From positions 1 through 64,000 of the forward strand of contig NIVC01002345.1 of the NCBI GenBank assembly GCA_002269645.1: a stretch of 64,000 nt of DNA. The letters are read 5' to 3'. The notes beneath the pieces are model-generated. The model had not been told where the DNA came from. It did not search any database and worked only from the letters and a program-made list of their open reading frames with translations. Within the stretch, counting starts at the first letter, position 1. Each line of letters opens with the position of its first letter. Both the position numbers and the translations under genes were made by a program. Of this stretch, positions 21,635-33,487 are shown piece by piece. This DNA is from Macrostomum lignano. Taxonomy: Eukaryota.

Positions 21635-22300
21635 AAGGCCTCCGCAGCCAGCCAGTTCAAACAGGGACCTCTGTCCCACTGTGTCCGCGCTCTTTTCGTG
21701 AGTCACAGTGGTGAAAGCGGGGAGAGCGACTGGGAGCTATGTGAAAAAGTAAAGAAACCAGGAAAAAAGGTACACAGCAACAGGAAGCACTTTTTTACCT
21801 CGTCTTCCATCACGCAGCTTATCTATTTCAGTGGCAAATGTCTGACTCGGGCGCATTCTTGCAGCGTTTATCATTCTCAGCTTTCAGCTTTGGAGCAGCC
21901 CCAGCCTCCCCTCTGTGTCCCTACATGCCTCATCATATAAGCAGAGTAGAGTAGAGAGATATTTTAAACCCAGCAGCACTTCCGCGCAGTCAACAGAAAA
22001 ACTTTTTTAGGAGTGCGGAATGAAAGTTTGGAAAAAAGACGTGGAGGCGTATCTTGCAGCAAGCATTGTTTAGCGAAGTGAAAATGTGGACAAAAATGCA
22101 TTTTACCTGACATATGCCTTAGCCTGAAAACAAGGCTGTAGATACAGGCACAAGCACAGATCTGCAGCTCTACTTGTGCACTACTGTAATGACTTATTGT
22201 CGGTATCTTGCACAGGTGTTGGCTGTTGGATCTGAGTTTTACCTATAAGACTTAAGTGTCACCCCAGGTCTTCTGTAACAGTTTTGTCTCTTGTTAAGAT

Positions 22301-22557
22301 GTGTCACTTGTTAGACAGGATAGAGTCACCTGTTAGACAGGATAGAGTCACCTGTTAGACAGGATAGTGTCACCTGTTAGACAGGATAGTGTCACCTGTT
22401 AGACAGGATAGTGTCACCTGTTAGACAGGATAGTGTCACCTGTTAGACAGGATAGTGTCGCCTGTTAGACAGGACAGTGTCATCTGTTAGACAGGATAGT
22501 GTCACCTGTTAGACAGGATAGTGTCATCTGTTAGACAGGATAGTGCCACCTGTTAGA
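22301..22557 (+). repeat. 22-bp tandem repeat (GTTAGACAGGATAGTGTCACCT)n, ~11 copies
   Basis: Same unit as 51668-52331 and, inverted, 55255-55660. Confidence 0.93.
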
Positions 22558-22761
22558 TTTCCTGCGTTTTGATTTGCCTTGACTGTAAACTGACTAATAG
22601 TCGAACTTCTATTAGCTTTTGGCTGCACTCGTAAATGTAGATTGTAAAAGGTTAAAATTCTTGGATGTGGACTTGGAGTGTTTGGACTATAATGATTAGT
22701 CTTTTGTTTCAGAAATACTGGTTTCGTATATTGGCCACTTTATCTTCGATCGAGCTTTAAC

Positions 22762-22763
<2 letters not shown>

Positions 22764-22815
<52 letters not shown>
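22764..22815. repeat. (GA)n microsatellite
   Basis: Seen directly. Confidence 0.95.
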
Positions 22816-22819
<4 letters not shown>

Positions 22820-22884
22820 AAGAGAGAGGCGCAATCGTCGGTTTTGGGAAGGCGTGCCGCAAGCTGATGATGGGTAACATATAC

Positions 22885-23126
22885 CAAAGCCATTTATTAG
22901 TCGATAAGCTGTGTTTGGAGCCGCTAAATCTTTCTTGGGATTATCTTCATATCCGGGAGAAACATGCAAATCTTTCTTGTTTCTCCTTTTGTCCCTGGCC
23001 AGCTTTTGGAAACTCATTAACCGCTTGTCTGTTACAGTCGGATTAGTGTTAGACCTTTCTTTTTTGGCTTTGTTTAATGCTGCCGCCGCGGCTTTGGCTG
23101 CCGACTTGAAAGGGGATTTGGAGCGA
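22885..23126 (-). CDS. Candidate orphan exon (RSKSPFKSAAKAAAAALNKAKKERS...YRLINGF)
   Basis: Acceptor TCTTCCATGCTTCAG, open K/R/A-rich frame, possible donor G|GTATAT. No homology recognised. Confidence 0.35.
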
Positions 23127-23289
23127 CTGAAGCATGGAAGATTTTCAGATAAAAAAATTAGGGATAGAATGGTGATTGACTATAGATGCACTAAATTAAA
23201 AGGTGTGTACGGTTGGGTGGTTTGTGAGTGAGCGCGAGTGCAGAGGAAGAAGAAGGTAAAGGAATAGGAAGGAATAGGAGGGTAGAGGA

Positions 23290-23700
23290 AACGGGTTATT
23301 GGGGTAAAGAGATACGGGAGGTAGAGAGGAATGGGTATTGGGATAGAGACACACTGGGGTAGAGAGGGAGGGGTATTGGGATAGAGACACACTGGGGTAA
23401 GAGAGGGAGGGGTATTGGGATAGAGACACACTGGGGTAGAGAGAGGGAGGGGTATTGGGATAGAGACACACTGGGGTAGAGAGAAAGGGGTATTGGGATA
23501 GAGACACTGGGATAGAGAGGGAGGGGTATTGGGGTAGAGACACACTGGGGTAGAGAGGAATGGGTATTGGGGTAGAGACACACTGGGGTAGAGAGGAATG
23601 GGTATTGGGATAGACACACTGGGGTAGAGAGGAAGGGGTATTGGGATAGAGACACTGGGATAGAGAGGGAGGGGTATTGGGCTAGAGAGGTACGGGAGGA
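23290..23700. repeat. ~38-bp G-rich tandem repeat (GGGGTATTGGGATAGAGACACACTGGGGTAGAGAGGGA)n
   Basis: Period of 38 bp measured between GGATAGAGAC occurrences. Confidence 0.85.
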
Positions 23701-24111
23701 AAGGGTATTGGGGCAGAGAGATACAGGAGGTAGAGAGGAAGGGGTGTTGTTGGGATAGTAAGATACGAGAAGTAGAGAGGAAGGAGTATTTCGATAGAGA
23801 CATACTGTGATAGAGAGAGATACGGGGGTAGCAAGGAAGGGCCACTAGGGCAAAGGGTACAAAGGGTTACCATTAGATATTTATAAAGGGGCCACAGAAG
23901 CGTGTTGCACATAGAATCAGCTTAGATTTCAGGTTTAGAGAGGCAACAAAAAGCACTGTAAAGTACACAATGAAAACAAAATATTGCTGAGAACTTCTAG
24001 CAATTCAAGAACAGTTCTGGAAAAAATAATTCCTTCTAATTATCTTTCTTGACCCTACGCACGTGACCTTGCATTGTCCTCATTGATTTTTGCACTGTAA
24101 GAAATCAACTT

Positions 24112-24935
24112 AGAATCATGTCAAGATGAGGATAGAATCGGAGATAGTATCATGTCAAGATGAGGATAGAATCGGAGATAGAATCATGTCAAGATTAGGA
24201 TAGAATCGGAGATAGAATCATGTCAAGCTGAGGATAGAATCGGAGATAGAATCATGTCAAGATTAGGATAGAATCGGAGATAGAATCATGTCAAGATGAG
24301 GATAGAACCGGAGATAGTATCATGTCAAGATGACGATAGAATCGGAGATAGAATCATGTCAAGATGAGGATAGAACCGGAGATAGAATCATGTCAAAATG
24401 AGGATAGAATCGGAGACAGTATCATGTCAAGATGAGGATAGAATCGGAGATAGAATCATGTCAAGATGAGGATAGAATCGGAGATAGTATCATGTCAAGA
24501 TGAGGATAGAATCGGAGATAGAATCATGTCAAGATTAGGATAGAATCGGAGATAGTATCATGTCAAGATGACGATAGAATCGGAGATAGAATCATGTCAA
24601 GATTAGGATAGAATCGGAGATAGAATCATGTCAAGATGAGGATAGAATCGGAGATAGTATCATGTCAAGATGAGGATAGAATCGGAGATAGAATCATGTC
24701 AAGATTAGGATAGAATCGGAGATAGTATCATGTCAAGATGACGATAGAATCGGAGATAGAATCATGTCAAGATGAGGATAGAATTGGAGATAGAATCATG
24801 TCAAGCTGAGGATAGAATCGGAGATAGAATCATGTCAAGATGAAGATAGAACCGGAGATAGAATCATGTCAAGCTGAGGATAGAATCGGCGATAGAATCA
24901 TGTCAAGATGAGGATAGAATCGGAGATAGTATCTT
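24112..24935. repeat. 34-bp minisatellite (ATCATGTCAAGATGAGGATAGAATCGGAGATAGA)n, ~24 copies
   Basis: Highly homogeneous 34-bp period. Confidence 0.97.
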
Positions 24936-26619
24936 GTTGAAATGATATAATTCTAAGATAGAGTGGTATGCTAGTAGCGCAGAGCGGCCTCAATCGCATA
25001 ACTAACACTGGATGTTGTTAACCAGCATTCATCTTGCTTCGCTGTCAGTCGCAGAAAAGTGTTGACCAACAATTTTTGATTCCCTCTCGACATCATGCAA
25101 AGCAGTTTCTTTACGCTCCGAGATCCCAGCCAGCTCAACTGGGATAAACTTCCCCGATCCCAATTCTTGACTGGGATATTTTTCCTTTCTAAAGCAATCC
25201 TATCTCTGCATTAGAAAAGAAAAGTTGACTAAGCTTGTAACTTATTTTGCTTTTGCAGACTCTCTATTAGTTTGGAAAAGTTTTTTTCCGAGAAGACGAA
25301 GGCCCAGCCGAGTTAATCGATGCGAATAAACAAAGTTTATTAATTTTCAGGTCAAGACTGACTGATCGAGAGGGAGATGGGGGCAGAAAGGAAGGTTGAG
25401 AGAGGAAAATAGACGGACTTTTTTCCTTTGTCTGACAGTTTCAGAGATAAGAGAGTTATCAGTTGAGCTCTGCTCTAACGCAGCCCTTGGTGGCCAGTGG
25501 CCCAGTGAAATCTCGGCTTGGCTCTGCTCGTGCAATAAACGCCCAGCTTGAGGGCCAACAACCCCCCAAGGCACAGTAAAATGTACATGTCTAACGATAA
25601 ATAAAGTTAGAACCGCTGTACACTCCTGTGTGAGTGTGTGCCTGTGCGTATTTGTGACTGCTCATGGTAGCCGATTTAACAATTTGATAAGTTTAAGGGG
25701 TGCAGAGCTCAGCACCGCCTAATCAAGTGTGACATAAATTTGATTTGCTAACGATTTTGCACTCCCCCGAAGTGAAAGGGATTGAACGATATACGTAACT
25801 AATCCCAAAGTGGGATTCAATCGGTACTGGGCAATGTTGGTGTAGGCTAAGTATGTATCAGATGTCCCATCGGAGAATACATGCTTAGATTTAGATGAAG
25901 AGATTAACATGGAAAAGGTTGAGATTGATTTTGAAAGATAGTTTTAAGATCGATGGAACGAAGTTGAGATTATTTAGGAGAGTAAGGGTGAGATTATTAG
26001 AAGAGGGGCTAGATTATCGTTAAGTGGGGGGAGATTCTCGAGGAGATAGGAATGAGATTATCGGAGAGATAGGGGTGATATTATTGGGGAGATAGGGGTG
26101 AGAAAAAATGATTTAGATTATTATGGAGAAAGTGGCGATTAGCGGGGTAAGAGGGTAAGAGATTGTCAATGAGCTACAGATTATAGGAGAAAGAAGGTGA
26201 GATTAGATTGAATGAAGACTAACTGATCCATTGAGGCAGGGCAGACAAGTTAGAAAAAGTAATTGCAGCAAAGTGTAATGCCAAATATAGTAAACCTTAA
26301 AATTGCTTATTAGTCAAATTTGTGGCAGTCACGAAGCGGCTTGGCTTGTTGTCCCATAGCGGAACTTGCGGAGTAGCTGTTCAAAAGCAAAAATATGCGA
26401 ATTAAACAGATTTTCTAATACCAGCTAGCTCAGCTCTGCTCAAGCTGAAATGAAATTTTCCCGACTGAATGGATTCTCTATAAGTGAGGTTTTGATTATA
26501 AAGTAATTTGATTAACTGATGAATGCGTGGGATAGATTGGCATTGGCATGGCGAACAAGAAAAACAGAAGGAATTTTAACATTTTGCTTTCTAAGAATCG
26601 AAGAGATGACAGGATCTCC

Positions 26620-27110
26620 ATATATCTTCCTCTCCACCTACCTCCCTCTCCACCTATCTCCCTCTCCACCTATCTCCCTCTCCACCTATCTCCCTCTCCA
26701 CCTATCTCCCTCTCCACCTATCTCCCTCTCCACCCATCTCCCTCTCCACCTATCTCCCTCTCCACCCATCTCCCTCTCCACCTATCTCCCTCTCCACCTA
26801 TCTCCCTCTCCACCCATCTCCCTCTCCACCTATCTCCCTCTCCACCCATCTCCCTCTCCACCTATCTCCCTCTCCACCAATCTCCCTCTCCACCTATCTC
26901 CCTCTCCACCCATCTCCCTCTCCACCCATCTCCCTTCCACCTATCTCCCTCTCCACCTATCTCCCTCTCCACCCATCTCCCTCTCCACCCATCTCCCTCT
27001 CCACCCATCTCCCTCTCCACCTATCTCCCTCTCCACCCATCTCCCTCTCCACCTATCTCCCTCTCCACCTATCTACCTCTCCCTCTTAATCTCTCCTATC
27101 TCCCTCTCCC
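26620..27110. repeat. 16-bp pyrimidine-rich minisatellite (TCTCCCTCTCCACCTA)n
   Basis: Seen directly; it explains ORFs 26519-27400 and 26548-27147. Confidence 0.93.
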
Positions 27111-27227
27111 TCTCCATCTCTCTCATCCCTTATTTTCTTCAATATAAAAAAGCAGACATGAATTGCAGTTCACTGTCTTCTACTTATCTCCCTCTCTTTC
27201 TCTCCATTGTACCTCTTCGTTGCTCCT

Positions 27228-27520
<293 letters not shown>

Positions 27521-28084
27521 CCTCTTTCTCTTTCCACTCACCTTGTATCCACAGTTCTTGCACAAATGCGTTATAAATAAAAGTCAGTCTTTTGATTCTT
27601 GACTACCTGTGCATGCCGCTTGAGCTGATCATGCAAATATTCATTTAGGCAACTCATTTAGCTCACCTGTGCCTTTTCGTGGGCGGTAATTAGGGCTGAA
27701 TAAAGTGGGTTTCTTTGAGAAAAAAGGTTTCTACTTTTCTTTGTGAATAACGACAATGCTCTCTTTGAAGAAATTACTTTCTTATAGAGGGAAAGAAAAG
27801 GTGAAAAGTGCAAGCGGATGCCGGGGGTGAAAGCGTTAGAATCCTGTTCGCTGGAAAGTTAAAAGGCTCTTTTATATTGGCCTCTATTTTCATTCTCCCA
27901 ACAGTTTCGCGTCTTACCGTCCATTCATCCTGCAGGATGGCAGCTGAGGGAATAAATTCTGTGCAAACCAATCAGAGTTCTTCCCTTCAGTTGTTCCTGC
28001 TTGCTTCAATTGGCTGTGTCTGTCAGGACCCCGTTGATGTGAGAAGGAACAGCTTTCCAAATTCACTGCTGACGTCAAAGGTAA

Positions 28085-29295
28085 GTTGATTGAATAATGA
28101 TTTGATAAAGGAGGCGAGCTGATGGAATAATGATTTGATAAAGGAGTCAAGCTGGTTGAATAATGATTTGATAAAGGAGTCAAGCTGATTGAATAATGAT
28201 TTGATAATGGAGGGGAACTGATTGAATAATGATTTGATATGGGAGGGGAGCTGATTGAATAATGATTTAATAAAGGAGTCAAGCTGGTTGAATAATGATT
28301 TGATAAAGGAGTCAAGCTGGTTGAATAATGATTTGATAAAGGAGGCGAGCTGATGGAATAATGATTTGATAAAGGAGTCAAGCTGGTTGAATAATGATTT
28401 GATAAAGGAGTCAAGCTGATTGAATAATGATTTGATAATGGAGGGGAACTGATTGAATAATGATTTGATATGGGAGGGGAGCTGATTGAATAATGATTTA
28501 ATAAAGGAGTCAAGCTGGTTGAATAATGATTTGATAAAGGAGTCAAGCTGGTTGAATAATGATTTGATAAAGGAGTCAAGCTGATGGAATAATGATTTGA
28601 TAAAGGAGTCAAGCTGGTTGAATAATGATTTGATAAAGGAGGGGAACTGATTGAATAATGATTTGATAAAGGAGTCAAGCTGGTTGAATAATGATTTGAT
28701 AAAGGAGTCAAGCTGATAGAATAATGATTTGATAAAGGAGTCAAGCTGGTTGAATAATGATTTGATTAGGGAGGGGAACTGATTGAATAATGATTTGATA
28801 AGGGAGGGGCGCTGGTTGAATAATGATTTGATAAGGGAGGGAAGCTGGTTGAATAATGATTTGATAAAGGAGTCAAGCTGGTTGAATAATGATTTGATAA
28901 AGGAGTCAAGCTGGTTGAATAATGATTTGATAAAGGAGTCAAGCTGGTTGAATAATGATTTGATTAGGGAGGGGAACTGATTGAATAATGATTTGATTAG
29001 GGAGGGGAACTGATTGAATAATGATTTGATAAGGGAGGGGCGCTGGTTGAATAATGATTTGATGAGGGAGGCATGCTGATGGAATAATGATTTTACGTGG
29101 GAGGCGAGCTGATGGAATAATGTTTTGATAAGAGAAGGGAACTGATTGAATAATGATTTGATAAGGGAGGCAAGCTGGTTGAATAATGATTTGATATGGG
29201 AGGGGAACTGATTCAATAGTGATTTGATAGGGGATGCAAGCTGATTGAATAATTTGATATGAGAGGCGAGCTGATTAAATAGTGATTTGATAAGG
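28085..29295. repeat. 33-bp minisatellite (CTGGTTGAATAATGATTTGATAAAGGAGTCAAG)n, ~36 copies
   Basis: 33-bp period; the minus-strand frame is open throughout (11-aa repeat). Confidence 0.95.
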
Positions 29296-29784
29296 TAGGG
29301 AGGTAGGTAATACGAGCCATCGTCTGTCCTTAATCTCATTGGGATTAACGTGCTCGGTGAACTCTAGGTGTCTGTAAAATCGAATTTTCGACCCGTTCTC
29401 TCATTTCTGACTTCGACAGCCACGCAGCCTCTTCTAATCTGTGATCTCCACGACAGTCTTAATTAAGGGCCTCCCGACCCCCGCAAAGCTGGACTTTTGG
29501 CTGCTCTCTTATTCGACTCGAAGCCCTCTCAGTCTCAGCGCCAACCTCTAACTACAGAATAGTGTAGATGGGGTGAATAATGCAAATAGAAGCACGAACG
29601 AGGAAGCTGTCTGCGTAACATACGAGCGATATTGAAGTCGTCCGTTTGTTCTTTTTCTATTCTAGAAGCCAGCAAGCTCACCGTAGTGCGTCTGTTTGCT
29701 TTGCTGACTGAGTGAAGCATCCCTTTCACTCTCTTCTCCAACAATATTTCTTGTTCCGAACGGAACAGGATAAAGGCTGAGAGA

Positions 29785-29825
29785 AAGATTGACAGACTGA
29801 CGGATAGACAGACAGACAGACACTA

Positions 29826-29898
<73 letters not shown>

Positions 29899-29909
29899 CT
29901 AGGACAGGC

Positions 29910-29942
<33 letters not shown>

Positions 29943-30155
29943 CACAGACACACAGACAGACACTAGGACAGACAGACAGATAGACAGCCAGACAGACAGA
30001 CAGACACACACACAGACACTAGGACAGGCAGACAGACAGACAGGCAGACAGACGGACAGACAGACAGACAGACACTAGGACAGGCAGACAGACAGACAGA
30101 CAGACAGACAGACACACACACAGACACTAGGACAGGCAGACAGACAGACAGGCAG

Positions 30156-30189
<34 letters not shown>

Positions 30190-30230
30190 ACACAAACACA
30201 CAGACAGACAGACACTAGGACAGGCAGACG
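29785..30230. repeat. (GACA)n compound microsatellite with CTAG interruptions
   Basis: Seen directly. Confidence 0.93.
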
Positions 30231-31539
30231 CACCAAGACACAAGCAAGCACAATTGTCATATCATCTCTATTCCCTGTGCTCATTGCGTAAATTACGCAA
30301 GTGAATTCTTTTAACTTTTATACATGACCGGTTGGGTCGTGGCACGAGAGTTGGACGGACGCGTTTACCTCACGGCATCTGTCGCATCTGTTGCAATAGT
30401 TAAACCATTATTGTTCTTGTTAAAAACTCTTTACTCATTGTCAGCGAGAGAAGGGAGCACCCAGAATGCCTTGACAACACTGATTGCTTGAGCAGAATCA
30501 TATCATGAGCCAGTATGAATAGAGCCGGCTTGAAGAGGCGGGCAGGGAACGTGGAAGAGCCAGCCAAAACCAACGGAGGTCACTGGGCAAACGAACTGGT
30601 TTCAAATAGGAGAGGCCTCCGTTGGGACGAGAAATGCTGAAATAAATATACTCATAGAAGATGCTTCAAGCACGAAAGAGGATGAAGACTGGGTCAAAGG
30701 AAGCAATCACTAGAAGGGGCCGCTTTTGCCCCCGAGACAAAAGAGAGACACGCCAGACGGGAGTCGAGTCAGGCAAATTGAGAAAGAATGATGAGGAGCC
30801 CAGCGTCACGACCTCTGCTCTCCGGCGAGCGAAGCTTGCATTTTATTTTTCTCATCCGATTCTCTCCTGTAGCTCTGATCACCAATTTCCGCTGCCTGCT
30901 TTTGGTCTCTGCGGTAGACTTTTGCTTCTGTCCCACTCTTTCCGGCCTGGTCCTGGACATCTAGCCATGCTGGGCCACGCATCAGCCTGTGATTTTGGCG
31001 TCCTGTAAATCATGTCTGTTGATTGACTGGCAGACAGACAGACAGACAGACACCCTGACGCACTATAAGCGACATTGTCACACAACCGGCGAGAAGCATC
31101 ACTGCCTATGCATTCCGCCGACTCCCCTGAGCAGGCATACAAGCGCGCGGATACGTACGCAGACATAGAAGCACAGGCACACACTCACACAGGAGTGTAC
31201 GGCGGCTTTACCTTTATATATCGTTAGGCATTTACAATTCACTGTGCCTTGGGGTTTGGCCCTAAATGGCGTTAATTGCCAGACGCACCTCTCCCCCTAC
31301 AGACATTGTATTCAGCTCTACAACCCTTCACATCAGAACCATGCATTTAAACGACCAGGGATTTCGGCATGGATTTTATGGTGAGGAGACAGCGCCAAGA
31401 TTCCATACCGTAAAAATCCGATATTATTTCAGGTATCGGTGTTGTTGCTTCTCATTTTGGCGCCGGCGCCTCAGGCGCTTATTGTGGCGCTGTGAAGTGA
31501 TGTTCTTGACGATTTTCATTACGGATCCTAGCTGCTGGC

Positions 31540-33487
31540 AGATCCAACCGGAGCCATCAAAACCAAGGTACCCGAAGACCTGTCGACTCTGCCAGTTCTG
31601 AGTGATGGTGTTACGCCCTGGCTCTTTTCCTCGACATTGTTGGCGCTTTCTTCGAGTGTTGGCGCCTTCGTACAACGTCATCTTCGAAGCGTTTCAGAGG
31701 GTCCTTGGACGCTCTTCTGGGCGACCCCGACCTGACCCCGTCTTCAAAGTCGAGTATGCTGACGATGTCACTGCCATTGTGGCAGGACCGTTTCCCAACA
31801 CACTCAGGGATCCTTGACTAATGACAATGGTTTGAAATTCTGGGAGGCCAAAACTGTTGCCATAATGTTCACCTGCAGTAGAATACGCTGGAGCATAAGG
31901 CCTCTGCAGCTTTACAGCAGAGATATCGCCCTCACCCAACAGACCAGATGTCCCGCAGTCATACTAGACCACCGGCTCAACTGGTCCTTCAACGGAAAAT
32001 GCAATCCAGGGCAGAACGTGTAGGCTTTATCTGCAACGCCACTAGGTCCACACCTTTTGCTGGCATCGGGGCCTTCTTTAATCTACCGCCTCTCGACCTC
32101 TTCGTCAGGGGTAGAGCGGCTCGAACGATGCGGCGTCTACAGGAGCCGGTGTCAAATTTCTCTACATGAGGGCACCTGCTAAGCGGAACCTTGTCCCGCA
32201 TAGCGACCTGTGCCTCAGCATCTCAATGAGTGCCAGGCCAATCGCGTCTTCACCGATGGCATTGCCTCAACGCTCAATCTGAAACAAAGCGATACCATCA
32301 ACGACCACTGGAACCCTGGTGAGCTCCACTGCTACACCGACGCTTCTAAGCAGTCAGTCAACACCGGCTTTGGGGTTGGGATCTTCCTGAACGGGTGGGT
32401 CATCGCAACCCACGCTCAGTATGCTGGGGTCAACTTCAGTGTTTTCCAAAATGAAGTTCTCGCCATCAGCTCCTGCACTGCAGAGCTGAAATGAAGAGCA
32501 TCATTTTTGCATTCGGACAGCAAAGCTGCTTTGCCGCCATCAGTGGCTGCAGCGTCAATTCTGCTACAGTCCTCGACTGTATCAAACTGCTGAACATGTT
32601 GGGTTCTACCAAAACAAAATTACCCTGAATGGATTTCGGGACATGTGGGGATCCGAAGGAATGAGTTGGCTGACGCCCTTGCAAAAGTTGGCGCCTCCGG
32701 CTCCTCCCTCGGGCCCGAATCCATCCTGCTTGCGACGCCATTGTAGTGAGTAAACTCAGACGGAGCGCGAGGTGGAAAAAAGTACGGCTCTCACAAGAGC
32801 CCGCAACCAGTGAATATGTATTTGGGGTGTAGTACCCCTCCGATTCATATTGATTGGGCGTGGCCCGATGTACATAAGTAAAGTACACATGCGACCTCGA
32901 CTCACACCATTGTCCCGATTCTCAGCTGCGTCATCGATCTCTAGCGCATCAAAGCGTGGATCAGGACCCACAGCACCGCTTAACTTGGGCGAACTGCGCT
33001 ACCTGAAGGCAATCCAGAGGCGCTGTCCCTCAGCCCCCTCACCAGCTCCAGAGGCTCCATTTGCGCCTTTCGCGAAGAGACATCCGGGCTACCACCATGA
33101 CCCTCTCAGGTCACGGCTGCTTCTCCAGGCACCAGTACCTGCAGGCAACACCACCAACGCTAATTGGAATATCTGCAGCTCAGGTAATGAGCTCAGGTGA
33201 TCAGGTAACTCAGGTGATGAGCATTTTTGTCAGCATCTGCCCCGCCTTCATGGGAGCCAGACTCACTTACCTCGGGCCACACACATTAACCATTGAAGCG
33301 TGCAAACCGGAAAATTTAAATCAGGTCATGCGCTACCTCCGGGCCACCCGCCGGGCTGAATTCTCCTTTCAAGAGAGCAACTGCTGGTGACACTGGGGGG
33401 CCTCTCTGGGCGGCTCCAACCATACGTCCTCGCCTTCCTGCCGTGTCCCTCCGGGATAGCCCTGCAGCTGAGTCAAGAAGTCAAGTC
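31540..33487 (+). mobile_element. Degenerate, 5'-truncated non-LTR retrotransposon with RT and RNase H (Loa/Lian- or I-group-like)
   Basis: Fragments in several frames: KPRYPKT (RT start), VEYADD, KTVAIMFT, GFICNATRSTP...LPPLDL, RNase H CYTDASK...FQNEVLAI, GHVGIRRNELADALAK, LSGHGCFSRH, CPAFMGARLTYLG. Short 3' tail AGTCAAGAAGTCAAGTC. Confidence 0.85.

Noticed and set aside
25347-25910. Short minus-strand ORFs 25347-25574 and 25719-25910 as further exons
   Set aside because: No convincing paired splice sites or homology.
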